This document shows positions 38,876 through 52,265 of a stretch of DNA of 64,000 nucleotides, in pieces (position 1 is the stretch's first letter; every line of letters begins with the position of its first letter). The position numbers were made by a program, and so were the translations under genes. The notes under the pieces were generated by a model. It was not told the origin of the DNA, made no database searches, and saw nothing but the letters and a program-made list of their open reading frames with translations. The stretch lies in assembly GCF_009914755.1 (NCBI RefSeq), contig NC_060929.1. The stretch is one strand, 5' to 3'. This stretch comes from the human T2T-CHM13v2.0 reference genome, Homo sapiens.

Positions 38876-39205
38876 ATGTGTCCATTAGGATTTTGTTGGT
38901 TGTAATCAATACAAACCAACATTAAATAAGCACAAAACGTAAGGAATTTTATAGAAGGTTGTCATATAACACAGATTCAAAGATAATACTAGTGAGCCAG
39001 ATTCAGGAAAGAACAAGAATTAGGGAAACTCTGCTCAATAGTCAAATTCCCACAGGAACAGGTGTGGCTTAATTTGGGACACTATGCTAAGAGAAGCCAG
39101 AATACTTTGGTTATTTCAACAAAACTGCCCAGAGGAAAGGTAATTTCCCAAAAGGAAAAGGAGGTGCTGTTATCAAATGGGAGGGGGAAGAAATTAAGTA
39201 TGCAC
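38876..39205 (-). mobile_element. Old MLT1 (L/N/O-like) LTR
   Basis: TTAGGATTTTGTTGGTTGTAATCAATACAAACC ... TTCCCAAAAGGAAAAGGAGGTGCTGTTA. Confidence 0.5.
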
Positions 39206-39814
39206 TACACTGTCCTGTCCTCTATATTTTTTGTCATTGATCAATGCAAGATTGAGAACACAGATTCCAACAGAGGCCAAGAACATCAACACAGGCTCTT
39301 ATCCAGGCCTCTTCATTTGTCTCCATCTTACCCTAGCCTTGGTTTCTGACCAAAAGTATATTTTCAACACTTCTGATTTGGGACCAGGCCTGTACCTGGG
39401 AACTCTTGCTGTTTTATACTTTTATATCACAGGACAGACATGAAACTACCAAAGATCAGCCTAAACATTGGTGTGGTTTTGTTTGTTTTTATCTTAGTTT
39501 CATTAAAAAAACCTAATAACTTACTGCTAATAACTTCTGAGCATCACTACCTATTGGTCTATGAGTTCATTATAACAGAAAGTATCAAACAGGAAAAATT
39601 CATTTTATAAAACTCAGGGGCAATTAATTTCTGATTTTTAGATACATAAACTTTTAAACTTGATGTGAAAATAAGGATTCAAGAATTATTTCTGTATTTA
39701 CCATGAACAACTAAAAACAGTTGTACATCCCCAATATGCCACAGTGGGCATTTTGACCAATGAATATTTTATAATGTGCTCAGTAGGCCTAAAAGAAATC
39801 CTTATTATTATCAC

Positions 39815-40062
39815 CGACAGCAGAAGCACCAATTGCTAGCATTTTCTCAGGTTTCAGGATATTCCAGACCTAGAGCTGGATGCTTTGCAGACATCAGTCT
39901 CTAATGCATATGGTCACTTGTGAGAAGAATGGCCCTATTTCCATGTTATAGATAAACACATGAATGCATACAGTGGTTAAGTAACATACCTTATTTAGCT
40001 AGCAAATGCTTAAAACTGGGGGAGAAAGGCTCATTGGACCCAAGGTTTTTTCCACTATGCCG
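39815..40062 (-). mobile_element. MIR SINE
   Basis: CCATGTTATAGATAAAC..GTGGTTAAGTAAC..TTTCCACTATGCC. Confidence 0.5.
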
Positions 40063-40521
40063 TAATTCTACAAAAACCACCAGACACTTTGTATATTATT
40101 TAAGAAAAATAAATCTAGTTTATTCTTAGGTATGTCAAATTTAATTCAGGTGACTTAGGTACAGAAGATGTCAATAACTTTTTAAATAAAAGAGGGTAAA
40201 ATTCATTATGGGGGAGGTCAAGAGCACCCATCATATTCAAATTCATGCTTAAAAATAAATTATAATAACTAACAAAATCAGCTGAGAGCCTTTTTAAAAA
40301 AATTCTTATTACTCAGGTGTTACTAGGAAGTAACAACATAATGAGAAATATTTTTGTATTTATTTTTGTATTTACAAAATCTAACCACATGATAAAAATC
40401 ATGGCTAATATTTATTGAGTACTCACGACGTGCTTAATATTGAACTTAAAAATATACTCACTTCTCTCCCCATCCTATTCTTCCTTTCTCCTACATTGAA
40501 GTTGTTTTCTGTCCTTATATA

Positions 40522-41043
40522 CATGGCTTCTCATCATTGACCTTACTGACATTTTGGATTCTTTGTCATAGGGGGCAGTCCTATGCATTGTAGGATGTTT
40601 AGCACTCTCTGGCATCAACCCACTAAATGCCAGTAGCAGCACTGTCCACAGTTGCGACAGCCAAAGTATCTCCAGGCTGGGTGCAGTCGCTCATGAATGT
40701 AACCCCAGCAATTTGGGAGGCTGAGGTGGGTGGATCATTTGAGGTCAGGAGTTCGAGACCAGCCTGGCTAACATGGTGAAACCATGCCTCTCCTAAAAAC
40801 CTGAAAATTAGCCAGGCATGGTGGTGGGAGCCTGTAGTCCCAGCTACTCAGGAGGCTGAGACAGGAGAATCGCTTGAACCTGGGAGGTGGAGGTTACAGC
40901 AAGATTGCACCACTGCACTCCAGCCTGGGCACCAGAGCAAGACTCCATCCCAAAAACAAACAAACAAAAAAAGTATCTCCAGAATTATCCAAAAGTGCTG
41001 GGGGAAGAGAAGAGGCAAAATAACTCCCAGCTGGGAACCACTG
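40522..41043. mobile_element. MER20 hAT element split by an Alu
   Basis: GTCCTATGCATTGTAGGATGTTTAGCA..CCCACTAAATGCCAGTAGCA; ends GGGAACCACTG. Confidence 0.85.
40675..40969 (+). mobile_element. AluS (Sx/Sz-like)
   Basis: Full dimer; TSD AAAGTATCTCCA. Confidence 0.95.
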
Positions 41044-41239
41044 TTCTAGTGACTCCCTTCTGCACCTGTTGCTTGTACCCTCCCTGCCACCTTTGCAATA
41101 TGGCATATATAACCTGTCTATAATAACTTTTCTCTCTAGAATCTTTAAATTCTCTCAAATTGTTTATTTCATTGGCTTTATATACACAAGAAACTCCCTT
41201 TTAAGAATGGTGATTAATTAATTTAAATATTCTCCTGAC

Positions 41240-42345
41240 CCTAATGTTTGTATTAACCTCTGTCCTGTCACTCTTCCCCACTTCCTAGAAAAATTTGCTG
41301 GAAAAACCATCTATACTTGTGTTCATTTGCCCACTTTCCTTTCTCTTCTTATCCCCATCTTAAATTGGCTTATCCTTCTCTTTCTCTCTTTCCTTGGATC
41401 CCGTGTACAAGTTCCTGATTTTCCTTTCTCTCTGGAAGTTTCTTGCCTCCTTCTACTTCCCTCTCCTTTTCTCCTCCCCTCTCTTACTTTCTCTTTTCTT
41501 CCCCCTCCCTCTCCCTTCCTCTCCTTCCTTTTCTCTTCCCCTCTCTCTCTCACTCACTGTCTCTCTCCTCTTTTTCTACCCTCTTTTCTGACTCTCTTCT
41601 CTATCCTCTCTTTATCTCTCTCTCTCTCTCTTCCTCTCTCTCTTTTCTCTCTCTCTTAGACTCCACTTCCTGGCTATAAAATTGTGGCATTTCTCAAAGC
41701 TGATTCCTAATTATTCTTCTATTACTCAAGTTTCTCTGCCTCAGTGATCTCACTCATCCCCTAGCTTTATAGGTGCATATATGATGATGGCTCACAAAAT
41801 TTATGCTTGCCTCTTAGGTCTCTCCTTGGAGCATCAACTAACCACATGTGTCCAACTGATGAGTTGACATTTCCTTTCAAAGATCCTAAAGCACCTGAAG
41901 CTCCACATGTCCAAAATAAAACTTAAGGTCATTTCATCTTCCAACCTACTTTTTGTCCCTTTCTTTATTACAGTAATTTGATCTTTGATCTATCTTGTTG
42001 TGCAAGTGGGAAACATGTGTCCCTCTTAAAACTTACATCTTACCTTCATATCCAGTTAATCACAAAATATGTAAAGTTAGTGATGTACATGAATCTTAAA
42101 TACCTCTCAATTCTGTCCATTTTTTTTTATATTCATCAGTTCTAGCCTAGCATACTGCCTTCTTCTCATAGCTAGTTAGGAGTTATGACAGTAGTGTGGC
42201 AGTGGGTCCACCTGAATCTGTTCTGGCCCACTCCAGCAGGTAAGCCAGAGGAAGGTCAAGTGATATATGTTTATAATGGAGATCACTGATCTCATTACAC
42301 ACTATACCTTTAAAAACTTTAAATGGTTCCTCAGTGCCTTGTGAA
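41240..42345 (+). mobile_element. L2 fragments flanking the pyrimidine tract
   Basis: TGTCCAACTG..GACATTTCC..GCACCTGAAGCTCCACATGTCCAAAA; TTAAAAACTTTAAATGGTTCCTC. Confidence 0.55.
41330..41657. repeat. CT-rich polypyrimidine low-complexity tract
   Basis: Nearly pure C/T from ~41440 to 41657. Confidence 0.9.
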
Positions 42346-42439
42346 ACACACAATACTTAAAGTTTATATAATAAGCAAATCATATACAAAGCACAATGGC
42401 AAACTCATCATCAAGCTATAAAACCAGTGAGATCTATAA

Positions 42440-42700
42440 TAATAATACTAACAACAACAAAGCCAAAACATAGAAGCTTTATTATTAAGCAGGTACTATT
42501 CTAAGTGTTTTACATACATTAGCTAATTTCATATTCACAGCAGCCCTACGAAGTGGACACTATCTTTGTGCCCATTTTACAGATGAAGAGCTGAGGCTCA
42601 GAGAGTTGAAGTGATCTTAAAGAGACACACAACCATTAAGAGTCAAAGACAAGATTCAAATCCCAATAGTCTGGCTCCAGGCCCGCAATCTAGATAATCA
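42440..42700 (-). mobile_element. MIR SINE
   Basis: CCCATTTTACAGATGAAGAGCTGAGGCTCAGAGAG core. Confidence 0.85.
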
Positions 42701-43129
42701 CACTATAATATCTCTCAATAATATAAGACTTTAAATTAGCTCACAATATATACACCAGAATTTTTATTTAATTGGACTTTTCTTACCACTTTTACGGTGG
42801 CAAACGCCATAAAAATTAGAAGAAAAAAGCATTCAATTGCTACCATTTAGGAGCCATCTAAAATTTTCAATTAAATGTGTGTTGTAATAACGCTTTCTTC
42901 TAAAGTGTTTGGACATACAGGAGATAGAATCACTAACCAACTATGAAATGGAAGGTATCAAGGAAGAGAGGAGAGTCATGTTAAAGATATAAAATTATCT
43001 TAATGCTACAAACAGGATTAAATGCATTACAACTACTAAAGAAGAAGAAGGCATTAATCTGAAGGGAAAACAGAATTTACGACATACTTGTGCTATAAAC
43101 AACCAATACCAACAACAACGGAAGAAGGG

Positions 43130-43580
43130 CTGACATTTATTTAGCATTTACTATTTAAAAAAAAACCTGATGTTCCCCTTCCTGTGTCCATGTGTTCTCA
43201 TTGTTCAATTCCCACCTATGAGTGAGAACATGCGGGGCCTGTTGTGGGGTGGGGGCGGGGGGGAGGCATAGCATTAGGAGATATACCTGATGTTAAATGA
43301 CTAGTTAATGGGTGCAGCAAATCAACATGGCGCATGTATACATATGTAACTAACCTGCACGTTGTGCACATGTACCCTAAAACTTAAAGTATAATTTAAA
43401 AAAAAAAAAGAAAAACTGAGCAGAGCCCTTTAAGGCAGTAACTTATTTGCTTCCCACAGCAATTGTATTTGTGATAAATATTATCACCTGTAATTTGCAG
43501 GCAGCTAACTGAGGCTAGAACCACAGTGCTAGAAAGCCTGAGGACTGGAATTTGAACCCAATTTAGTGTAACTCAAGTGA
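43130..43580 (-). mobile_element. MIR split by an L1 insertion
   Basis: GCTGACATTTATTTAGCATTTACTAT ... AACTGAGGCT..GGACTGGAATTTGAACCCA. Confidence 0.6.
43168..43405 (+). mobile_element. L1PA3-like 3' end with 5' inversion (twin priming)
   Basis: 43168-43235 is antisense L1 3'UTR; 43233 onward is sense to poly(A); TSD approx AAAAAAAAACCTGA / AAAAGAAAAACTGA. Confidence 0.92.
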
Positions 43581-44769
43581 TTACTTTAAAAACCTTTCAG
43601 AGAAAAAGAAAACATTACAAACATGCTAATATGAACATAGGTTAGATCTTCCCAGGTTCAATCTGATAATGAGACTGCCTTCCAAGGCCATGACAAAGAA
43701 ATCCATGAGAAAATCTTCGGAGGCTCAAGAGAAGGTAGGAAAGTTTACTTATACAACAGCCTTTTTTTTTCTTTTTTTGCCTGCTCTGCTTTTCTGCGTT
43801 TTCCTTCTTCTCTGCTCTGAGAATTTGTTAATTGGGTTTCAAAGTGAGAAGCTGTTCTCTAGCAAAAGTGTTCTGCTCCAGCCCTTAGGTAGGTTAATAT
43901 TTTAAACCTTCACCGATCATTCTCCAAGCACTACACGGCACGGTTACTCAGGAAAGGCAATAAATGTAGGCCTTGGCCACCAAATCAGTACTGGGGAGTC
44001 TTATTGACCAAAAAATAGGAATAAATGATTAAATTCAAATAAAAGCTGAATGGAGAGAATGTTGTCCTTTGTTCTTCCTGACCACTAGAGAACTTGCTTG
44101 AAAATAATTACTTTCAGCATGTATTCAAAATGCCTGCATGAGAGGCCACTCTTCCCGTGTACACAAAGTAGAAGGAATTGGATATTACTTAAAGACTCTG
44201 TAGGTGGCAGTGCTCCTAACGTAAGTCTTCATCTAGAATGCCTCTCAGGATTTGCCTAACCGTAAGCTTCTCTCTCAAAGCCATCTACAATGGTAAGATA
44301 ACTTTTACTCAGATGAGAAATTAAACTTTTAAAGAACAATAACAATTTAGAAAGAACAAAATTATCTGGTCGTGAAGAAAATATGAAACATGTTGCATAA
44401 TATTCAGGTGCATTTGTAAAAAGAAATGTCTTTTCCTGAAGATGGATTCACTGCAAAGTACATCTAAGGCTCTGTGATTGGACACAGATAAGACTTCAAT
44501 AAACATTTATTCATTATGCCCTAGAGCATGATATGATTGTTAAAAGCATGATCAAAATTTATTCTGCACTTTGCAGCAGAAAAAGTCTGACTTAAGTATT
44601 CAGGCCACGGTTTACAACCCAATTCTAAATTCATGTCATAAAGAAATTAAGATAGTTACTAGGTAGTTTGCAAAGGCATTGTTTTAAGACGTTCTATAGA
44701 AGATAAAACATAGAATAATGTTCCACTGTTACTATTAGAAAACAAGGCCTATTTTATTGATAGTAGAGA

Positions 44770-45181
44770 TGTTAGTTATATTAGGCTAAAGTCCTCTAAA
44801 AATATACAAAACTCTAATAGCTCAAACACAATAGCTGCTCACTTCTTTCTCAGTGTAAAGCAGGTGGTGTTGGCAGGTGGCTCTTTTCTTCACAGTGATA
44901 CAGAGCTCCTACTTCTCTTCTGCCTTACATAGGTCCCTGCCAATGCCTATGCCCTGGCAGATGAAGAGGATAAAGAGCACACCCACTTTTTAGAGGCCAT
45001 AACCCAGAAGAAGTACATACATATTCCACCCATATTTCGTTAATAAAAATGAGCTGCATGGCCATGTATAGATGTGAAAGGGGCCATAACAGTAGTCTTG
45101 GTCTGGGAAGCCATCATACAACCATGCCTCTATTGCTACAGAAAAAAGCGTTTTGACTGCCACTTAGTCATCTCCATCACA
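44770..45181 (-). mobile_element. MLT1I/J/K-like LTR
   Basis: AATAGCTCAAACACAATA; CCCAGAAGAAGTACATACATATTCCACCCATATT; TAGTCATCTCCATCACA. Confidence 0.6.
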
Positions 45182-45424
45182 GATCAACAAAAATAAAATT
45201 CAGCTTCACTGACAACAAAATTTCAAAGGCACAATGTTTATAGTATAGGTTCCAAAAACCAATCATTCAAAATCAATGTAAATAAATAAGGAAAACAGCA
45301 CACACAATTTTAAAGTGGAAAGAATCAAAATATTGGCAGAGCATTATAAAGAAGAAATACAAATTCAATTTTTGGATCTGTGGTCAACAGTTGTGCTATT
45401 TTATGCTATTTCATTCCACTGAAG

Positions 45425-45662
45425 AGGCAGAATATCATAAAAATGTCAGACAGACCTGATTTAAATTAAGGCTGTGTGTATTTCTAGCTGTGTTAGCTTG
45501 GGAGAGTCAAATAAACTCTCTGATTCAGTTTCCTCTTCTCTACAATGGAATTAATAGCATCTGTTCATATGGATTCTTAGTAATTAATGACTATGTAAAA
45601 AGGACAGCAGAGTTCATGGTACAAAATAAATGTTAAATAAAAAATAACGAGTATCATTATTA
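45425..45662 (+). mobile_element. MIR SINE
   Basis: GTCAGACAGACCTG..TCAGTTTCCTCTTCTCTACAATGG. Confidence 0.75.
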
Positions 45663-46074
45663 CTCTTTCTCGTATCATTTTTGATTTTATAGGTTACCTC
45701 AACCTACCCAAAACAAAGGCAAATACTGTCATATTCAAATACCATAAATCTTGTTTCCAAGTCCCTATAACATTTTCTTCATTCTTGAACCATAGAACTT
45801 CTTAAACAGATCTGACATGTGCTTTTATGCCCCTTTCTGATTGCTCATCCAGACTAGGCACCTTTCATATGACGTGCCATTATCACTTGATTTGTCTACA
45901 CATTTTCAATATTTGCTTAGCATGTTGATCTATTTTTAAATTGGACAACATTTGAATATACACTGCAGAAGGGCATCTAAATCATATCTGGAAAAAACAG
46001 ATTATCTTTTCAGTCTTTCCTTTTCCAGTATTTAATCTGAGACATTTGATCTTCATTATTAAGTGTGAAAAAAT

Positions 46075-46340
46075 TTAGTAGGTATAACAGAGAGCAAATA
46101 GTATGGGCTTTAGAGTCAGATAGATCTGCTTATGACTCTTGGTTCTAGAAATTATTCCCTGTGTTAATTTGGGTGTGTAACTAACTTTGAGCCTTATTTT
46201 CTTTATCCTTCAAATGGGAGGCAAGCTAGATTTTAAGGTCTTTGAAATCGAATACCTCACCTTGATTACTCAATCATTCATTATTATATTCCAGGGCCTA
46301 CCAGAGTGCCCTCCACATAATAGGCAGCAAATCAGGTATC
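46075..46340 (+). mobile_element. MIR SINE fragments
   Basis: ATGGGCTTTAGAGTCAGATAGATCTG..GAGCCTTATTTTCTTTATC..AAATGGG. Confidence 0.65.
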
Positions 46341-47503
46341 ACTTTTAGTACTATCAGTAATAGGATATTATTAAAGATACCAAGAGAGGACATATAGAGC
46401 CCTAGGGAGGAGTAAACAATCATGTGTTACAGATAACAGATTTTATAAAGAAAGATTATAGAAGAGCTAAACAAATAAAAGCATCAAGCAAAAAACCCAC
46501 CCTCAACTAGTCAGAAATCTTAACAAAGAACATCTTAGATACAGGATTCCATGTTAGTGCATGACCAAATGCTCCTAGATACAAAAAACCCTAAAGGTCC
46601 TAAGGAAAATATCTTCAGAAAAAGGGAAGGAGAAAAGTGAAATTTGAATTTATTTATTAAACTGAATCCCTGACATCTCTAATTTGAAGGCTATAGAAAT
46701 AGATGAAGATTTGTCTCCAAATGAATAACAAAGATATCAGGTCCCCTAGAGGTTTATGTTGTAAAGTGGGCTTTACAGATATTTTCAATGGGATCATATG
46801 ACCACTTATACTAAAAGTAAGGCAATATTAATAAAGTCCTCTTTAACTACATATGCATTGAGACCATCAAAATGTGCTGAAGACCTGACAGCACCATCTG
46901 CTTATCTTTTCATTGGTCCTTGAACTAATGTGTTTTATTCACATGCAGCAGTTACTTAATAAGCATTTCATTGTTTAAAACACAAATTGGTCTTTTATAT
47001 CCCAAATTTTGGGGGAACTGCATGTTCCCATAAAGCAGTAAGGTATATTTTAATTTTGCCGCATGACATGACACATTCAGCTTCAATGATTTGTGTTGAG
47101 TCACTCAAATTATGAACAGTGGTTCCAAAGCACAAATGCAAACTAGGTCTGGTCGTGTTTTTGCATTTAAAAATACAGAGAAAAATGGCAATTGGAACAA
47201 ACAGTGTTCAGTCCTTTGCAGAGTTTTGTTTTTAGTCAATGTCACAAACTGAACTACAGATTCAGCATAGCTTCATCTCAAAGCAAGCAATCAATAACTT
47301 ACCATGGAGACACATTATGATTTTGGTAGACTTAGTAAGTTGTGCAATGTGATTTTCTATTTTTTGGTAACACCACGCCTCTAGCTCCTTAACACAGAGA
47401 AGGTTTTAATATGCATCAAGGATGGCAGCCCTGCAATTTTGTTCCCTCTTGAGTCTATGCTTATCAGAATAACAAACTGAACAGCAGAAACCAGAAGTAG
47501 AAA

Positions 47504-47504
47504 A

Positions 47505-47579
<75 letters not shown>
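47504..47579. repeat. (AAAG)19 microsatellite
   Basis: Read directly; uninterrupted. Confidence 0.97.
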
Positions 47580-48112
47580 TGAGTGTAAGAATCATGTCTG
47601 AGAGGAGGCAAAAGACAAGATTGCTTGGGTTGATTTTCCTCCCTCCAGCTGTAATCTTTTATAATGCTAAAATAAGATGGAAGTATCATCCTTCCAATTA
47701 GGCACCTTTATTTGGTGTACGGCCTTAGAATGCTCATATTCTGCCAGCGTGGTCCAGCAAGACCCACACCCATGGTGTCAAATCATAGTGCTCAAATCTA
47801 GAGAGGAAGCTCAGGTTCTAAGAAATTGTAGCAATAGTTCCAGGCCCTTCAAGCAATGCAAAGAACAGTTGCCTAGAAATCATTAAGGGAAACATACAAA
47901 GTGAGTAGAAATGGAATTTCATTTACATACATATATCAGTCATTAAAAAACTACACATACCCAAGATATTTCAAAGCCCTCTGACCTTTGGGGGTCCCAT
48001 TTGCAATATCCAGATGAGGTGGATCCATTCTATGCACACTGGGGAAACATTCGATATTTTCATTGGATCCCAAGGGCTTACATACTTTTGCTCCATTTAT
48101 AACATAGCCTAA

Positions 48113-48460
<348 letters not shown>

Positions 48461-49689
48461 TGATTTGTTTTCTTATTGAAGATAGAGCAGGCAGCACAGC
48501 ACGTGGGAAAAATAAAGTTGAGAGAAGGTCAGGGTTCAAATGCCTGCTCTGTGACTTATTAAAACAACTCACAGAGTTAACAGTGGACTAAAATAGATAC
48601 AGTTGTAATGTCCTGGCAGGAAGTTCCTTGTAATTAAGCAATATTACCATTGTATGAGAACTTCTGCATTATGAGATCTAACCCTATCAAGCAAAAAGAA
48701 TTAAGCATTATCGTATTTTTTATTTGCTTAATAATTTTACTTGAGAGATTGTGCCCTGAGTTACCTGAAAGCCTCTAAAGAAAGATCAGAGTATATGTTT
48801 TAAAGCACATATTTTTCAACCCTAGCAAGTAAGTTGCTCCATTTCAGAAATATGGACACTAACAACCAGAGATGTTAAGTGTTTAGCTCAAAACCACCGA
48901 TGGAAGCCAGAGCCTGTTTTAAAAACATCCTCTCCTGATTGGTAGTTGTTTCTTTTCTCGGCAGATGGCCCTAGCTTTCTGCACCAGGTCCTAGATCTCT
49001 ACCTTCCTCCAAGAATTTACATTTCACTGAGGCCAGCAAGTCTTTTAGATTCTTGCTTATCTCTGAAGCATTGATTCACAATCAAATTAAAGCCAGCAAT
49101 GAGATAAATACAAAAGCTCCTTCAGAGGAATGTCTCCTCATAATGCCGGGACACAACTGAGTGACATCTTGACTTTCAGCCACATGATCCTTCTATAGAG
49201 TCATAGAAAATTACATCCATTTGAGGATACTACAGGGAGAGGTTGCTTCAAAGGCAGTAGGGTTTCATAATGAGAATCATTTTTATACCAAATACTTAGA
49301 GGCCTCATTATTTTACTGTAACAAGGCTTTTCCAATAGGCTTTGAAATTTGGATGTTATTGTTGTTTTAATGCTCTCAAAGAAATAAATCTGAATGGTAA
49401 AAGGTAATGTAAAAGAGTTATAGTGCCTATATATCACCATTTTAGAACTCAATCTTTGAATCAATAATCCCTTCAGAAACTACTTTTTAATGTAAATGAA
49501 TAGCAGGTATGGGTTAGATATGTAATGTATTCCCTTTGGTTTAAATTGATTAATGATACTAACCATTACCTTTTTTGGAGTCTTGGGCATATACTAAATT
49601 GAGAGATAAGCACTTTAACTCAGTTATCTTTAATCTCTGCAACAATTCTTTAAGAGATGATCTCAATAAATATTTGCTAGAACAAATCA

Positions 49690-50645
49690 ATGTAATAGAC
49701 CCTGGGAGACAGAGGTTTTTGTCTGTCTGAAATGTCCCCCTCCTTTCTTTGGCTTCTGTTGGGGCATTACTACGATACCCTGTGTGGTCTCCTGGATGTT
49801 GTTGTTGTTGTTGTTGTTTTATACTTTAAGTTCTAGGGTATATGTGCACAACGTTCAAGTTTGTTACATATGTATACATGTGCTGTGTTGGTGTGCTGCA
49901 CCCATTAACTCGTCATTTAAATTAGGTATAAGTCCTAATGCTATCTCTCCCTGCTCCCCCTACCCCATGACAGGCCCCCATGTGTGATGTTCCCCTCCCT
50001 GTATCCAAGTGTTCTCATTGTTCAATTCCTACCTATGAGTGAGAACATGCGGTGTTTGGTTTTCTGTTCTTGCAATAGTTTGCTCAGAATGATGGTTTCC
50101 AGCTTCACCCATGTCCCTACAAAGGACATGAACTCATCTTTTTATGGCTGCATAGTATTCCATGGTGTATATGTGCCACATTTGCTTAATCCAGTCTATC
50201 ATTGATGGACATACGGGTTGGTTCCAAGATGTTTTCAGTTAAGAAAACCTACCTTCTCCAACCAAAGGGAGGGAGGGCAAACCCTAGACTGGCCATTGAG
50301 AGCACCATCAATCTCCTGGCCACAGTAACAACGCCAGCAAGGCCAATCAAGTAATTGCCTAGGTGGCTGGAATGGAAAATTCTTCTGGGCTTATTCACTG
50401 TGGGGATATAAGTCTGGGGGTGACAGAGGCCTTCTTTTCCAGTACTGGAAGAGTTTGAGAGTGAAGCTGAGCAGAGGATAAGAAGGCTAACAGACGAAAA
50501 GAGTAACACTGACCCAGAAGCATCTTTTGAACCTCTGCACTAAACTATGCCTAAAGCCAAAATTCCCCTTGGATTATAGTCAATCAGTTTCCCTTTCTGG
50601 TCAATGTAGTTGGATTTGGATTTCTGTTACTTACAACCAACATTT
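49690..50645 (+). mobile_element. Old MLT1K/L/M-like LTR, split by an L1 and lying within a MIR
   Basis: 3' end CTATGCCTAAAGCC..TTGGATTTCTGTTACTTACAACCAA; MIR core resumes CCATTTTACAGATGAGAAAA. Confidence 0.5.
49801..50227 (-). mobile_element. L1PA4/5-like 3' end with (CAA)n tail
   Basis: Young L1 3'UTR antisense; tail reads (TTG)n; short TSD GATGTT. Confidence 0.9.
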
Positions 50646-51474
50646 TATTAATTAATTCCATTTTACAGATGAGAAAAGTTAAACTCTGATGTGTCATATA
50701 TATTACTCAAAGACACCAAAATACATGACAAGCCAAGATTTAAAGCCAGGTCTCTAGGCTCCATAGCAGATGTGCTGGCATAGAAATTGGTTTGGGAATC
50801 CAATGTTTGCTGCCCTTGAAGCCATCATGTACTTTGAGCTTTTGTTCCTCTCGTTGGTGATAATTTGTGAGTTGTTCTCTAAATCTTAATCCTACTTATC
50901 ATCCATGGAACACGTTTCTGAGACAATGGTGGAGACCAGCGAGTGAAGAAACTAAATGGTATATCCAATACCCAACTTTGAGCATTGTATTAAACAATGG
51001 TTAAAAAGTGAGAGGGGGAAAAATGAAGAAAAAAAGTCCTCCCCTCAAGGAGTATTGAACTTAAGAACATGCAGAGAGACACCTGAATAAGTAATTATAA
51101 CATAACGTGATAAGTATTATATTAGAGTTATTTATTCACAGTGAGCTTTAAGAGTAAGAGACAAGTATGAAAAGATATCTAGAGGAAGTGAGATTTCCCA
51201 GAAGGGATAATACTTAAACTGAGAAGTAAAAGAAGAACAGAAACTTGTCCATTATAGAAAAGTAGAAAAAACAATCCAGACCAGTAATACAATATTTTCA
51301 AATTCAGTCAGATATAGTCAGAAAGTCAGACGTAGTCAGAAAATGGATTTTGATAAGCATCAAATTTATGAATCTAACTTCATTAGCACCACTCTGGTAT
51401 TTCTTTTTAAACTAAAACATCACTGCTTTAATTCCAGTGCTTTGTGTACTCTTCCAGGATGTTTTAGGATAAAT

Positions 51475-52265
51475 CTATTTCACTCAGCTCAACAAATATT
51501 TATAGAATACTTTTTTTTTTTTTGAAGCAGAGTCTCGCTCTGTTGCCCAGGCTGGAGTTCAGTGGTGAGATTTCGGATCACTGCAAGCTCCGCCCCCTGG
51601 GTTCATGCCATTCTCCGTCTCAGCCTCCCAAGTAGCTGGGACTACAGGCGCCCACCACCACACCCCGCTATGCCAAGCATAATGCTCGGAAATAAGTAGA
51701 TGTGGGGGGTGGGGGGTGGTGTGTGGGGCAGGGGTGGATGGTGGTAAGAAGTTACTTGGTCATGAAGGATGTATTCACAATAGTCATGTTCTTCAAAGGA
51801 GTTAGGGGAGAGATACAAACAAATAGTCTCAATAAAATGGAATTAGTACTTGTCTTTTGCTATAAGAACACAAAGAAAGGGCATTTTGTAATATGACGGC
51901 TCACAGGAAGCTACATGGAGGTCATGTCACCTGACCCGAAAGAAGGAAGAGTTAGAATGAGACTGATGAAAAGTATAGTAAGGGGGCATTCCAGGCAGAA
52001 GGAGTAACTTGAGCAAATATTTAAAGGAGTGAACTACACAGAGTATACAAAGAATTTAAAATAATATATTGTTATTTCAGTACAAAGAAGCTGGAGAGTA
52101 GAGACTGGATCATGGAGGACTAAAAGATCTATAACTTTATTCCATAGCCAATAAGGAACCATCAAAACATTTTAAGCAGAAATGTGACAATGTCAGTCTA
52201 GTTTTAGCTATGATGTGGAGAATGGAGCTAAGTAGGGGAGAATTAAAGACCTAGATAGTAAGAAG
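51475..52265 (-). mobile_element. L2 3' region
   Basis: CTCAACAAATATTTATAGAATAC..; GCATTCCAGGCAGAAGGA; GCCAATAAGGAACCATCAAAACATTTTAAGCAG. Confidence 0.7.
51511..51670 (-). mobile_element. AluY right arm only
   Basis: Poly(T), CTGCAAGCTCCGCC, GTTCATGCCATTCTCC; stops at the linker. Confidence 0.9.

Noticed and set aside
41323-41679. L/S/F-rich and R/K/E-rich ORFs
   Set aside because: Derived from the CT-rich low-complexity tract.
51306-51341. 18-bp tandem duplication (also the 10-bp TGTCTTACTG repeat at 48131)
   Set aside because: Ordinary slippage products.
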